This document shows positions 35,690 to 43,818 of a stretch of DNA of 64,000 nt, piece after piece. Location: the sequence record MT028491.1; one strand, 5' to 3'. Position numbers and translations under genes: made by a program. The notes beneath the pieces are model-generated. The model made no database searches, was not told the DNA's origin, and saw only the letters and a list, made by a program, of their open reading frames with translations. Numbering within the stretch: position 1 is the stretch's first letter; each line of letters starts with the position of its first letter.

Positions 35690-36374
35690 TTATCGCAGCC
35701 TCCATTTCACCAACACGAAAGATTTTCAATGGCTTTAGATTATCAGATTCCGTATCAAACAAAGCACCAACCAGTTTACCACCATAAACACAACCACCAT
35801 CCAAATTACAACGGTTATCTCTGATATCAATATCACCCGTAATTTTGGTAAAATCGTCATCATATGGTGTATGACCATGAACGATATAATAGGGCATAGG
35901 GTCTTTGTATTTCAGGAATTCCTTACGAATCCAAAGCATATCCTCACTTTGTACATTATTATCTAGTTCAAGATAAGGATTGATACCGGCATGAACGAAC
36001 ATATGATCATCAATGATCTTGTAAAGTTCTGTATGTTCGTTTAGCCACATTAGGTCTGCGACAAGTTCTTGAGAGAAGTTTGAATAATCACATTCATATT
36101 CCTTAAGAACCTTGTCGCCACCATTGGCAACCCAATTTTGACGCCAATATCCACTGGTCAAAGATCGGATTGCCATATCTTCATGATTTCCACAAAGAAG
36201 AGTAACGTTAGAAAGTTGTCGAATAATTTTGATGACTTCACGACTCGATTCGCCGCGATCAATATAGTCACCAATGAAAACGATATGATCATGATCAACA
36301 TCTTTAATAGCATCCAACATCAAATTAAGATGTCGGTATTGTCCATGAATATCACCAATTGCGACAACTTTCAT
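35661..36374 (-). CDS. Ser/Thr protein phosphatase (PPP-type metallophosphoesterase)
   Basis: IGDIHG, GDYIDRG, GNHE, NGG, HAGI, WIR..FL, VHGHTP, D.G.VYGG.L. Confidence 0.93.
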   Translation of the reverse strand: MKVVAIGDIHGQYRHLNLMLDAIKDVDHDHIVFIGDYIDRGESSREVIKIIRQLSNVTLLCGNHEDMAIRSLTSGYWRQNWVANGGDKVLKEYECDYSNFSQELVADLMWLNEHTELYKIIDDHMFVHAGINPYLELDNNVQSEDMLWIRKEFLKYKDPMPYYIVHGHTPYDDDFTKITGDIDIRDNRCNLDGGCVYGGKLVGALFDTESDNLKPLKIFRVGEMEAAINVCEVEDIV

Positions 36375-36379
36375 AACAT

Positions 36380-37039
36380 TTAGCCTTTCTTAGCTGGTGC
36401 CTTTTTAGCAGGCGTTTTCTTAACCGGAGTCGACTTAGCTTTTGATGTCTTTACCACAGGTTTAGGTGAAGGTACAACAGAATTCTTAACAAAGGGCTTA
36501 GTCGAAATGGAAACAAAAGGTCCACGAACACCACCGGAATATTCTTCCGCCGCTTCCAAAGCCATCTTCAAACGGGTTTCAGGATCAAGATTGGATTGCG
36601 CCGTGGCATGAAGGCTACCAATAGCGTAATCACCACCACAACCAATGCTATCAAAATTCTGATAAAGTTCACCAATCTGAAAATCCATATCAGACAAGAA
36701 CAGACGACCGCGAACACCAATCAAAAACTGTGCACTCATGCGATCCTGACCAGCTTCATTCTGTGAGGAACCAATTCCCTTGAGAACACCGCGCATGGAT
36801 TCAATAACTTCGGTATTTACATATTCTTCAACATCTTCGTCTTCGTACATTGCACGAAGGTTAAGATGGTTCTTAATGGCTTGTCCGCCTCGAAAACTCC
36901 CCGCGAAACCGAAAATGACTTCACCGACTGCAAAAACTTTAGGGTCTTTACGTCTCTGAATATCAATACCGGCTACCCCTGCCGAATCAGCTAGGAGATA
37001 AACAACACCATCTTCCACAATTCCAGCTACACACGTCAA
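36380..37039 (-). CDS. Ntn-hydrolase peptidase (HslV / proteasome beta-like) with basic PAKK tail
   Basis: N-terminal (M)TC, ADS, K at about position 33, GFAGS, IGCGG.YA.G.L; tail KKTPAKKAPAKKG. Confidence 0.75.
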   Translation of the reverse strand: MTCVAGIVEDGVVYLLADSAGVAGIDIQRRKDPKVFAVGEVIFGFAGSFRGGQAIKNHLNLRAMYEDEDVEEYVNTEVIESMRGVLKGIGSSQNEAGQDRMSAQFLIGVRGRLFLSDMDFQIGELYQNFDSIGCGGDYAIGSLHATAQSNLDPETRLKMALEAAEEYSGGVRGPFVSISTKPFVKNSVVPSPKPVVKTSKAKSTPVKKTPAKKAPAKKG

Positions 37040-37069
37040 ATTATTTTACTCCTATATACAATTAAAAAA

Positions 37070-37630
37070 TTATAAAATTCTTCCATGATTTTCATGGAAA
37101 CCATATTTTATTTCAGCTTCTTTTCTAACAAAAACAGCTTCATCATAAGATGAATAAGAACCTAAATTGATTTTTTGTTTATCAACTGTAATAATAGATC
37201 GCCATTTTTGAGTATCTTTACGCCAAATGACTCCCATAACACCACTTGTGTTATTCTTATAAATCTTCTGATTCTTCATATTTTCTTGATCAGAAACGTC
37301 TCTTAAATTAACCCATCGATTATCATTATAGATACCATTAATATGGTCAACCCTATCTGGCCATTCACCAGTCATCCAAAGCCATATAATCCTATGGAGT
37401 TTGTAATTTTTAGCGAATATCATAATATGACGATATCCTTTTAATTTACAAAGATTTCCAGCTATAGCATTAGCATGGCGGGTATTCCATCTTTTAACAC
37501 GTTGGTCTAACGGATTACCACCATTCGGATCAAACCATTTGGCATCCCGTTCCTTCCACCGGCAAATGCCGGTTTCGGGATCATAATCAATTAGTTCTTT
37601 AACAATTTCTTGAGTTAGTTCAAATTTCAT
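37070..37630 (-). mobile_element. free-standing HNH-AP2 homing endonuclease
   Basis: L.YDPETG, HRIIW..MTGEWP..VDHING..DNRWVNLR, NNTSGV.GV, LG.Y...DEA...R..AE. Confidence 0.88.
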
Positions 37631-38187
37631 GCAACCTGATTTTCGGGTAGATCAGATTCTTTGACAAAAACGCCATTGATCATTCTACCACGACGATCTT
37701 TAATTTCGTCGTAAGCCACTTCAAGAGCTTCAACTTCGGTAAATTGACCAAGAGAAGCACTAAAAGAAATCAAAAAGATAACAATATCACGAACAAATGT
37801 ATCAACTTCATCAGTCTTGCCACGTGCAATCTTGCCGGAAATACGACCAAGAGAACCCATGAAATTAATAGAAGTTGGATCGAAATTTGGTGCATTAATG
37901 GTGTTATACGCATCAGCAATAATTTGCTGAGAAGAGAAACCCATCTGTTCGGCTAGGATAATAAGGGTAACGAGTGTATCACCAACGCCGTCTTTAAGTC
38001 CGTCAACATCTGCTAGAGCAAGAGCATCATCAATTTCACCAGCTTCTTCGAACACCTTCAAAATCTGGCGATCTGCCGAAGCACCCTTAACGATATTTCT
38101 GTCTTCTGCCCATTGGACGGTCTTTTCTGCTAGAGTAAACAAATTTTCGGTAGTCATATTTAAATTATTATTTAACCTTTCAATCAA
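37627..38187 (-). CDS. mazG: MazG-like NTP pyrophosphohydrolase (tandem domain)
   Basis: WAEDRN...Q..K..EEAGE....DG.GD.LVTLII and AYDEIKDR.G..ING.FVKE; second degenerate helical copy in between. Confidence 0.82.
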   Translation of the reverse strand: MIERLNNNLNMTTENLFTLAEKTVQWAEDRNIVKGASADRQILKVFEEAGEIDDALALADVDGLKDGVGDTLVTLIILAEQMGFSSQQIIADAYNTINAPNFDPTSINFMGSLGRISGKIARGKTDEVDTFVRDIVIFLISFSASLGQFTEVEALEVAYDEIKDRRGRMINGVFVKESDLPENQVA

Positions 38188-39082
38188 CCCATACGGATTG
38201 ATGCACTTTCAAAATAAATTCATCAAGCCAATCCGAATCAATTTCGGATGGTAGGAATGTGGTTTCTTTTAAATTAAGAACCTCATTATACACTGTATCA
38301 ATGTATTTTGCAACAGTGTCATAGTCCACTTTACCCATTTTAACATCAAGAAAGAAATCTCTTTCATCAGTAAATGGGAATTTAAGTTCACCGGTAGACA
38401 ACAAGTCGTGAACCTGTCGCATGATTCGGCAAACATGGCTTAGACCTTTCCAGTCAAAACCCGCTTCATCCACTCGCTTACGCGCTGAATTTCTATAAAT
38501 CTTAGCCAAACTTTCGGAATATTGATTATATGCGTGATCCACGGTAATTGTCAGAGTTGCTTTACGATTGGCAAACTCTACAAAATCAACACCGTTTTTA
38601 GAAACCAACACACCACCAACTGCAACCAAATCATCTTTGTGATCGATTAGTTTTGCGTTAGGATCAAGTCTTGACAAAATGTCAATTGCGGTTTCCAGTT
38701 CCCTTTGGAAACGATTATCAAAAACATGATAACGAGCATTGGTATTGCAATATCCCATAGCGTCATCCAATTTAGATGAAACAAGCTTGGATCGATTGGC
38801 AACAAGTTCTTGCCAAAATGCATGAGGAACTTCTTCATGATGATCATCAGGGGCAAACAAGCACTCCAATGCCATCATTTCCCCATTCTTAAGACGTTCT
38901 CCAAAAACTACCAATGGAGCGCTATGAATGTCACCGGCTGGACTGATTTCATGTGTTGGCCTATCCAAATGGAAAACTGTTTCCCTTAGTGTAGGAACAA
39001 ATACCGTGTGAAAATCGATATCACTATTTTCATTATGTAAGCCATATAGACGTGATCCATGTAGAATCTTACAAAGCTTCAT
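38180..39082 (-). CDS. Pol-beta superfamily nucleotidyltransferase (RlaP-like)
   Basis: GSRLYG...NSD.D, DWK.LSH..RI, LL.TGEL.FP, LDVKMG. Confidence 0.8.
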   Translation of the reverse strand: MKLCKILHGSRLYGLHNENSDIDFHTVFVPTLRETVFHLDRPTHEISPAGDIHSAPLVVFGERLKNGEMMALECLFAPDDHHEEVPHAFWQELVANRSKLVSSKLDDAMGYCNTNARYHVFDNRFQRELETAIDILSRLDPNAKLIDHKDDLVAVGGVLVSKNGVDFVEFANRKATLTITVDHAYNQYSESLAKIYRNSARKRVDEAGFDWKGLSHVCRIMRQVHDLLSTGELKFPFTDERDFFLDVKMGKVDYDTVAKYIDTVYNEVLNLKETTFLPSEIDSDWLDEFILKVHQSVWVD

Positions 39083-39095
39083 TATATCAAACCTT

Positions 39096-39464
39096 TCAAT
39101 CCAATGGCAAGCCGTGTTTATCTTTTAACCAAAAATAAACTTTTTCTGGCGTTTCTCTACTATATGCATGTTCTACCTTTTCACCAGTAAGGGCAGAAAA
39201 CATGAGTATGTCAGTTGTATGGTTGTTATCAAACAAGGTAACAATATTTCCAGCCCAATAAAAACGATCTTTTGCGCATGGTGATAGAATTCTGGTTTTG
39301 ATAATTTTCAATTTAGATAGAGTTTCATGTTGTGTTGAACACTCCAAATGCTCTACATTTGAATAACCAGTTATTGGATCATAAGTATTACAATAAAAAC
39401 TGGTTTCATAATCAATATACCAGTTTATATTTTTCTTGTATGAAAACCTTTTATAAGTCAGCAT
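39096..39464 (-). CDS. hypothetical protein
   Basis: AT-rich operon ORF. Confidence 0.5.
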   Translation of the reverse strand: MLTYKRFSYKKNINWYIDYETSFYCNTYDPITGYSNVEHLECSTQHETLSKLKIIKTRILSPCAKDRFYWAGNIVTLFDNNHTTDILMFSALTGEKVEHAYSRETPEKVYFWLKDKHGLPLD

Positions 39465-39640
39465 TCATCATCCAAAATCCAACCGTAATCATTGTGATAT
39501 TTTGCACCAATGGCAGTCAATGAAACGTTTGGAAGGGCGATATTTCTACCAGTTTCAGCATCAACACCGTGACTGATAATGTCTTCTTCAACACCAGTTT
39601 TTGTGTTGATTTCTTTCGTAGTGATTAGCTGTATAATCAT
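39458..39640 (-). CDS. hypothetical protein
   Basis: Operon ORF. Confidence 0.5.
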   Translation of the reverse strand: MIIQLITTKEINTKTGVEEDIISHGVDAETGRNIALPNVSLTAIGAKYHNDYGWILDDEC

Positions 39641-39957
39641 GGTGCGATCCCCTTATCATAATCATATTCTTCACCTTCGTAAAACTTCATATCGTCAACC
39701 CAATCACAATATTGTTTACTAGGTTCTTTCAATGAAATTCTGATTTCAGTATGACCATCACCCCAACGAGCTTCTTTCACATCGATTTCCGTACCTTGCA
39801 AGATACGTGCCACTTGATCAAGAACCCAAGCCTTATGATGTGCACCATCAATTTGACCATAATGTTCAATCCAAGTCATAGCCCAATCGGAAGGCGTGAA
39901 ACTTTCATACATTGTCCCTGTAATATCAAAGGGAAATTCGCCAAGGTAATTAGCCAT
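39637..39957 (-). CDS. conserved hypothetical phage protein
   Basis: YGQIDGAHHKAWVLDQVARIL...WD.GIAP-like, a recurring phage motif. Confidence 0.65.
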   Translation of the reverse strand: MANYLGEFPFDITGTMYESFTPSDWAMTWIEHYGQIDGAHHKAWVLDQVARILQGTEIDVKEARWGDGHTEIRISLKEPSKQYCDWVDDMKFYEGEEYDYDKGIAP

Positions 39958-40244
39958 TAGGCTTTATCCAAAGCGTCTTTGAAATCAGCAAGGACGTTTT
40001 TGACTTTACGCTTGGTTTCAGCACGACCAATAGCAACGCCGCTATTGTGAACGGAACGAAGTAGATGGAAAACCTGTTTGGCTTCTGTTTCGTCATCAAA
40101 AACATGTTTTCGGTCAGAATCAATATAATCATAATCTCTTTTATGATAATCAACTAGGCCAAAATATTGGTAGACGATAACGTTTTTCCGGCGAACGACT
40201 CTTTGTTCATCACCTGTTTCAATATACTCTTCTTCTAGAGGCAT
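39957..40244 (-). CDS. hypothetical protein
   Basis: Likely start MPLEEE after SD TAAGGAG. Confidence 0.55.
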   Translation of the reverse strand: MPLEEEYIETGDEQRVVRRKNVIVYQYFGLVDYHKRDYDYIDSDRKHVFDDETEAKQVFHLLRSVHNSGVAIGRAETKRKVKNVLADFKDALDKA

Positions 40245-40345
40245 TAAAAACTCCTTATAAACTAATATCGGTCTTATACACGATCTTAACATATATGTCA
40301 AAAGAAAAATGGCGAACCAGTTTCCCGATTCGCCATTTAGAAAGC

Positions 40346-40735
40346 TTATTTCTTCCATTGAACACGAACGCCATATTTTGCTGGCATCGCGTGACAATGT
40401 GCTGCTTTTGTTGGATGATTACCCACTTTGTCGTAACAGAGCTTTAAATGTCTAAGCCCAAAGGTTAATCCGGCTCCACAATTGTTTAACCCATTCCTTG
40501 CACCTTTGTATCCTAGCGCTTTAGCTGATGGATAGCTAATCTGTAAAGGTCCAAAATATTTTGGATTATTAGGGGAACAACGGAACCCTGATTCGCGTTT
40601 AGCGACGTGGGTAATAACAGTTCTGGAAATTCCAGCACTCATGCCCGCGTGGATAATGTGTTCTCTTTCGCTTCTGGCGGGGGCAGGGAGTGTTAGGCTC
40701 ACTACCATCACCACGGCTAAGAGGAATTTTATCAT
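40346..40735 (-). CDS. exported lytic transglycosylase (SLT-like)
   Basis: Signal peptide; catalytic RES.F, GPLQI...A..LGY, G.RHL. Confidence 0.75.
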   Translation of the reverse strand: MIKFLLAVVMVVSLTLPAPARSEREHIIHAGMSAGISRTVITHVAKRESGFRCSPNNPKYFGPLQISYPSAKALGYKGARNGLNNCGAGLTFGLRHLKLCYDKVGNHPTKAAHCHAMPAKYGVRVQWKK

Positions 40736-40761
40736 GTGTTATCCTTTTCTGTCTAACTTTA

Positions 40762-40905
40762 AAGGCGGTTGGATTCATTCCTTCCGCCTTCTTTTTTACG
40801 TGTAGTTTAGAGACGAAAAAGTAAGCAACTAAACTACAAGACGCGACTATGCGCGTATCCGCGTGGCTCATTCCACACGAAATTCAAATATCTGATTTTG
40901 AAGGA
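40762..40905. ncRNA. cluster of consecutive hairpins upstream of the SLT gene (candidate structured leader or ncRNA)
   Basis: Stems at 40762-40790, 40801-40838, 40841-40856 and 40860-40879, plus a weaker one near 40885-40905. Confidence 0.45.
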
Positions 40906-41081
40906 TATTTACGGCTTAGATAGAGCGCGTACCAACAAGATTCTTCTACTGGTTTACGTTTCGTATAATCGCACTCTGTCAACACCTTTTCTAATTCTTC
41001 GGTTGTAATAATTTCACAACCTTCTAGCGGCAACTCCCCATGTTGACAACCCTTTTATGTCAAAAAGTTAACAAAAAATTT

Positions 41082-41113
41082 AAAATAAAAGAGGGGATTT
41101 CTCCCCTCTTTTT
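41082..41113 (-). terminator. intrinsic terminator after the endolysin
   Basis: AGAGGGGA-GAAA-TCCCCTCT-TTTATTTT. Confidence 0.8.
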
Positions 41114-42395
41114 AGACCTTGTTTCTAACGCCGTCTTTATACTCTTGGACCGTATTGTCCTTCATTTTCTTAGCATATAAGAACACTAAGACAAATGCGA
41201 TAATTAACAACAGCCACCAATATTGACTTGCCCAAATCCAAATATCATTCAACGAAGAAACGATACCTTGGAATGCATGGAATTGATCAATATATTGATC
41301 AGTGTTATTAAGGACATCAGGCGGAACCATTTCGGAAACACCTTTAACAGCACCAATACCAGTACCAATTAAACCTAATTTTTGTAGATTGTCGGCTTGT
41401 TTTACTGGAACAGAACCTTTTTCCTTTAGTTCCTTCGCCGTCACATCAGCTAGAAGTTCCTTAGAAGGCTTTACTTGATCAGACTTCATAATGACATCAT
41501 ATGTGTCTTCATCAATGTAGTCTGGTGTAGGAGTGATTCCGTTATCGGCTTGGAAAGCCATTATAGCGTCACGTGTCATGATACCGAAGGCACCATCAGC
41601 ATCCAGACCATATCCAAGTTCCTTGAGCTTTTCCTGTGTCTGTTTGACATAAGAATTCTTATCGCCGCGCTTGGCAATAATTTTAGGAGTGCTTGGACGT
41701 GGTGTAGGGACTGGAATGTTTTCGGTTGGAAGAACGACACCTACACCATCAGATTCGAAAGAACGACCGGCAAGGTATTTCATCGCTTGATCAAAAATCT
41801 TTTGACGTTCTGGTAAACCAACCGTACCACCGTTCCACTTGACAGCAACAGTTTTCAATGGTGTTGAATTCGTTACAGTGATTCCTTTCCATTTCCAGAA
41901 AGAAGCACCGCAAAGGACACCATATTTACGATCTAGGAGCAAATCAGGATTGGTTTCAATATCAATCCCCATAAGCTTTCCAACGGCTCTATAGGCGTCT
42001 CTACCAGTCAAATGAGGATATGAACGACCGCGATAACGCCATCCGTCGCCAGAAGCTTCACTACCATTACCCATGCGATTAGCATAGACATTATTAGCTA
42101 ATGCTTTTGGATTTCTAACATATGGTTGAGCGGCTTTGTCGGTTTTAAAACGAGAAGGCCAAACAGCGCGGAGTCTGGTTGTCGTGGTGTAGTTTAGGTT
42201 TTCTTCGATAGAACGTAGGTTTCCAGTTTCATGCAAGACATTTGCAAGAAACATCGAAACGGCTCTAGGGGAATTAATGCCATATTTAGGCAAGACTGAA
42301 TTACAGTCAGAAACAAATTGGCCGATATATGATGGATTGATTGTTCCACCATTACCGGCCTTTGTAATTTTATTCAGAATATCAACTGTTAGCAT
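41112..42395 (-). CDS. endolysin: GH19 domain + peptidoglycan-binding domain + C-terminal TM segment
   Basis: FLANVLHETG, ENLNY, YANRMGNG..SGDGWRYRGR; PG-binding VKQTQEKLKELGY..DADG.FG..T..AI.AFQ..NG; hydrophobic C-terminus. Confidence 0.9.
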   Translation of the reverse strand: MLTVDILNKITKAGNGGTINPSYIGQFVSDCNSVLPKYGINSPRAVSMFLANVLHETGNLRSIEENLNYTTTTRLRAVWPSRFKTDKAAQPYVRNPKALANNVYANRMGNGSEASGDGWRYRGRSYPHLTGRDAYRAVGKLMGIDIETNPDLLLDRKYGVLCGASFWKWKGITVTNSTPLKTVAVKWNGGTVGLPERQKIFDQAMKYLAGRSFESDGVGVVLPTENIPVPTPRPSTPKIIAKRGDKNSYVKQTQEKLKELGYGLDADGAFGIMTRDAIMAFQADNGITPTPDYIDEDTYDVIMKSDQVKPSKELLADVTAKELKEKGSVPVKQADNLQKLGLIGTGIGAVKGVSEMVPPDVLNNTDQYIDQFHAFQGIVSSLNDIWIWASQYWWLLLIIAFVLVFLYAKKMKDNTVQEYKDGVRNKV

Positions 42396-42407
42396 AAGTA
42401 TGACCTC

Positions 42408-42439
42408 TATTTATTATTTGGAAGGCATACTTATTTATG
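42408..42439 (-). promoter_or_regulatory. two T4-type late-promoter-like boxes upstream of the endolysin
   Basis: CATAAATA and AATAAATA (T4 consensus TATAAATA); gp33 is encoded in the window; the short AT-rich motif can arise by chance. Confidence 0.45.
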
Positions 42440-42441
42440 AT

Positions 42442-42771
42442 TTAATGCAATGTTGGCGGTTCAATAAACTTCAACACCAACGGATTGTCATTAGTATTAC
42501 TGGTATTATGAGCATGAAATTGTTTCAAGATACCAAAATAATGTGGCATGAAGTAGATGCAAAAATATTCGTATTTACCACGTGCAACCTTTGCATCATA
42601 GGACTGATCGTCATCAGAGAAAGTCACATAATGTTTGGCGATGTTTTGATAAAGTTCCAGAAGGGTTTCAATATCAGTAATCTTATAATGTTGGCACCAA
42701 TCTTCGAAATTTTCGATAGCTTCTTTGACTGGATCGCTTTTTGGTTCTTCTTCAATAACTTGTTTTGTCAA
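42442..42771 (-). CDS. hypothetical protein
   Basis: Operon ORF. Confidence 0.5.
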   Translation of the reverse strand: MTKQVIEEEPKSDPVKEAIENFEDWCQHYKITDIETLLELYQNIAKHYVTFSDDDQSYDAKVARGKYEYFCIYFMPHYFGILKQFHAHNTSNTNDNPLVLKFIEPPTLH

Positions 42772-43004
42772 ACTAATTCCTCTACCACCACGTCACTAAT
42801 AGTGTAACGATCTTTGCTATAATCCCATTGACGATATAGAACACCGTCGCCAAATTCTTTATGTGAAAGAAGCTTTTCCTTTAAAGTTTTTGCCCCATCC
42901 TCATTCAATGTTCGAAATGAACCGTCTTCATCTGGCCTATTTGAATCATTCAAATATTTTTTCTTAAAACGGACTATCCACTTGAATTCCATCGCTTTTG
43001 TCAC
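42768..43004 (-). CDS. hypothetical protein
   Basis: Operon ORF. Confidence 0.5.
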   Translation of the reverse strand: MTKAMEFKWIVRFKKKYLNDSNRPDEDGSFRTLNEDGAKTLKEKLLSHKEFGDGVLYRQWDYSKDRYTISDVVVEELV

Positions 43005-43383
43005 CTTCCTGTGTCTTGAAGATTTGCCAGCGTGTCCTTTGAAGGTTTATCGTATCCATACCGATTTTATGTTCTTTCCATAAAATCTTTTCACCGGATT
43101 CGTACACGTCTCTTGGCAATACCAAATCAACAGCTTCACCCAACATTTCGTTGATGAATTCACCATTATGGTTGAAGCCATCATTCAACGTTCCTCTAAT
43201 GCCATATCCATGCATAATCAATAGACAACTAAAAATTATTTTAGGATCGGCTTTGCTCTTTATATTTTTATTTAGCAAAAGGGAATCGTCTCTGACTTCG
43301 CCCATAACTCCATCGCCAAGGTCTTCAATTTTCATTTCTAGACCAGCATTCTTAATGAAATTGGCGATAGATATTACTGTCAT
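42964..43383 (-). CDS. hypothetical protein, weak IrrE/ImmA-like resemblance
   Basis: LGDGVMG...LLLN.N and A.DLVLP layout, but no HExxH. Confidence 0.4.
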   Translation of the reverse strand: MTVISIANFIKNAGLEMKIEDLGDGVMGEVRDDSLLLNKNIKSKADPKIIFSCLLIMHGYGIRGTLNDGFNHNGEFINEMLGEAVDLVLPRDVYESGEKILWKEHKIGMDTINLQRTRWQIFKTQEGDKSDGIQVDSPF

Positions 43384-43590
43384 TTAGCCCAACTTTTTGA
43401 AAGTGAGAGTTTTGTCAAGTTTTGGTTTTTTTCTAGTCAAATCGGACATAGACACTGTGAAAGTTGTTGCGGTTTCATCTTCAAAATATTTGTCAACGAC
43501 AATTTTTGAAACTTTATTGAAACCACTGGAAACGCCAACAATCATTGAAATGACAAAAGCTATAAAACAAAAAACTACTGCCAAAATCAT
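43384..43590 (-). CDS. small membrane protein
   Basis: N-terminal TM segment. Confidence 0.5.
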   Translation of the reverse strand: MILAVVFCFIAFVISMIVGVSSGFNKVSKIVVDKYFEDETATTFTVSMSDLTRKKPKLDKTLTFKKLG

Positions 43591-43772
43591 TTCTTAAGCC
43601 TTTCCTTAATACGCGCAAGAATCAAATCAGGAACAGCACCCAAAAGTAGTGTATTCATCATGATAAGAAGGGCGGCGCTTCTTCCATATGCATAACCTAG
43701 CCATGCAAACAGGAAAATAAAAAGAGAAACAACTAATTGCTCCAAAATATTACCCCAAAAATAAGGCGGCAC
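43587..43772 (-). CDS. small membrane protein
   Basis: Hydrophobic 61 aa ORF. Confidence 0.45.
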   Translation of the reverse strand: MPPYFWGNILEQLVVSLFIFLFAWLGYAYGRSAALLIMMNTLLLGAVPDLILARIKERLKK

Positions 43773-43818
43773 TAAACACCACCCTATTCACATTGTTATT
43801 TGAAAATGATTGCGACAA

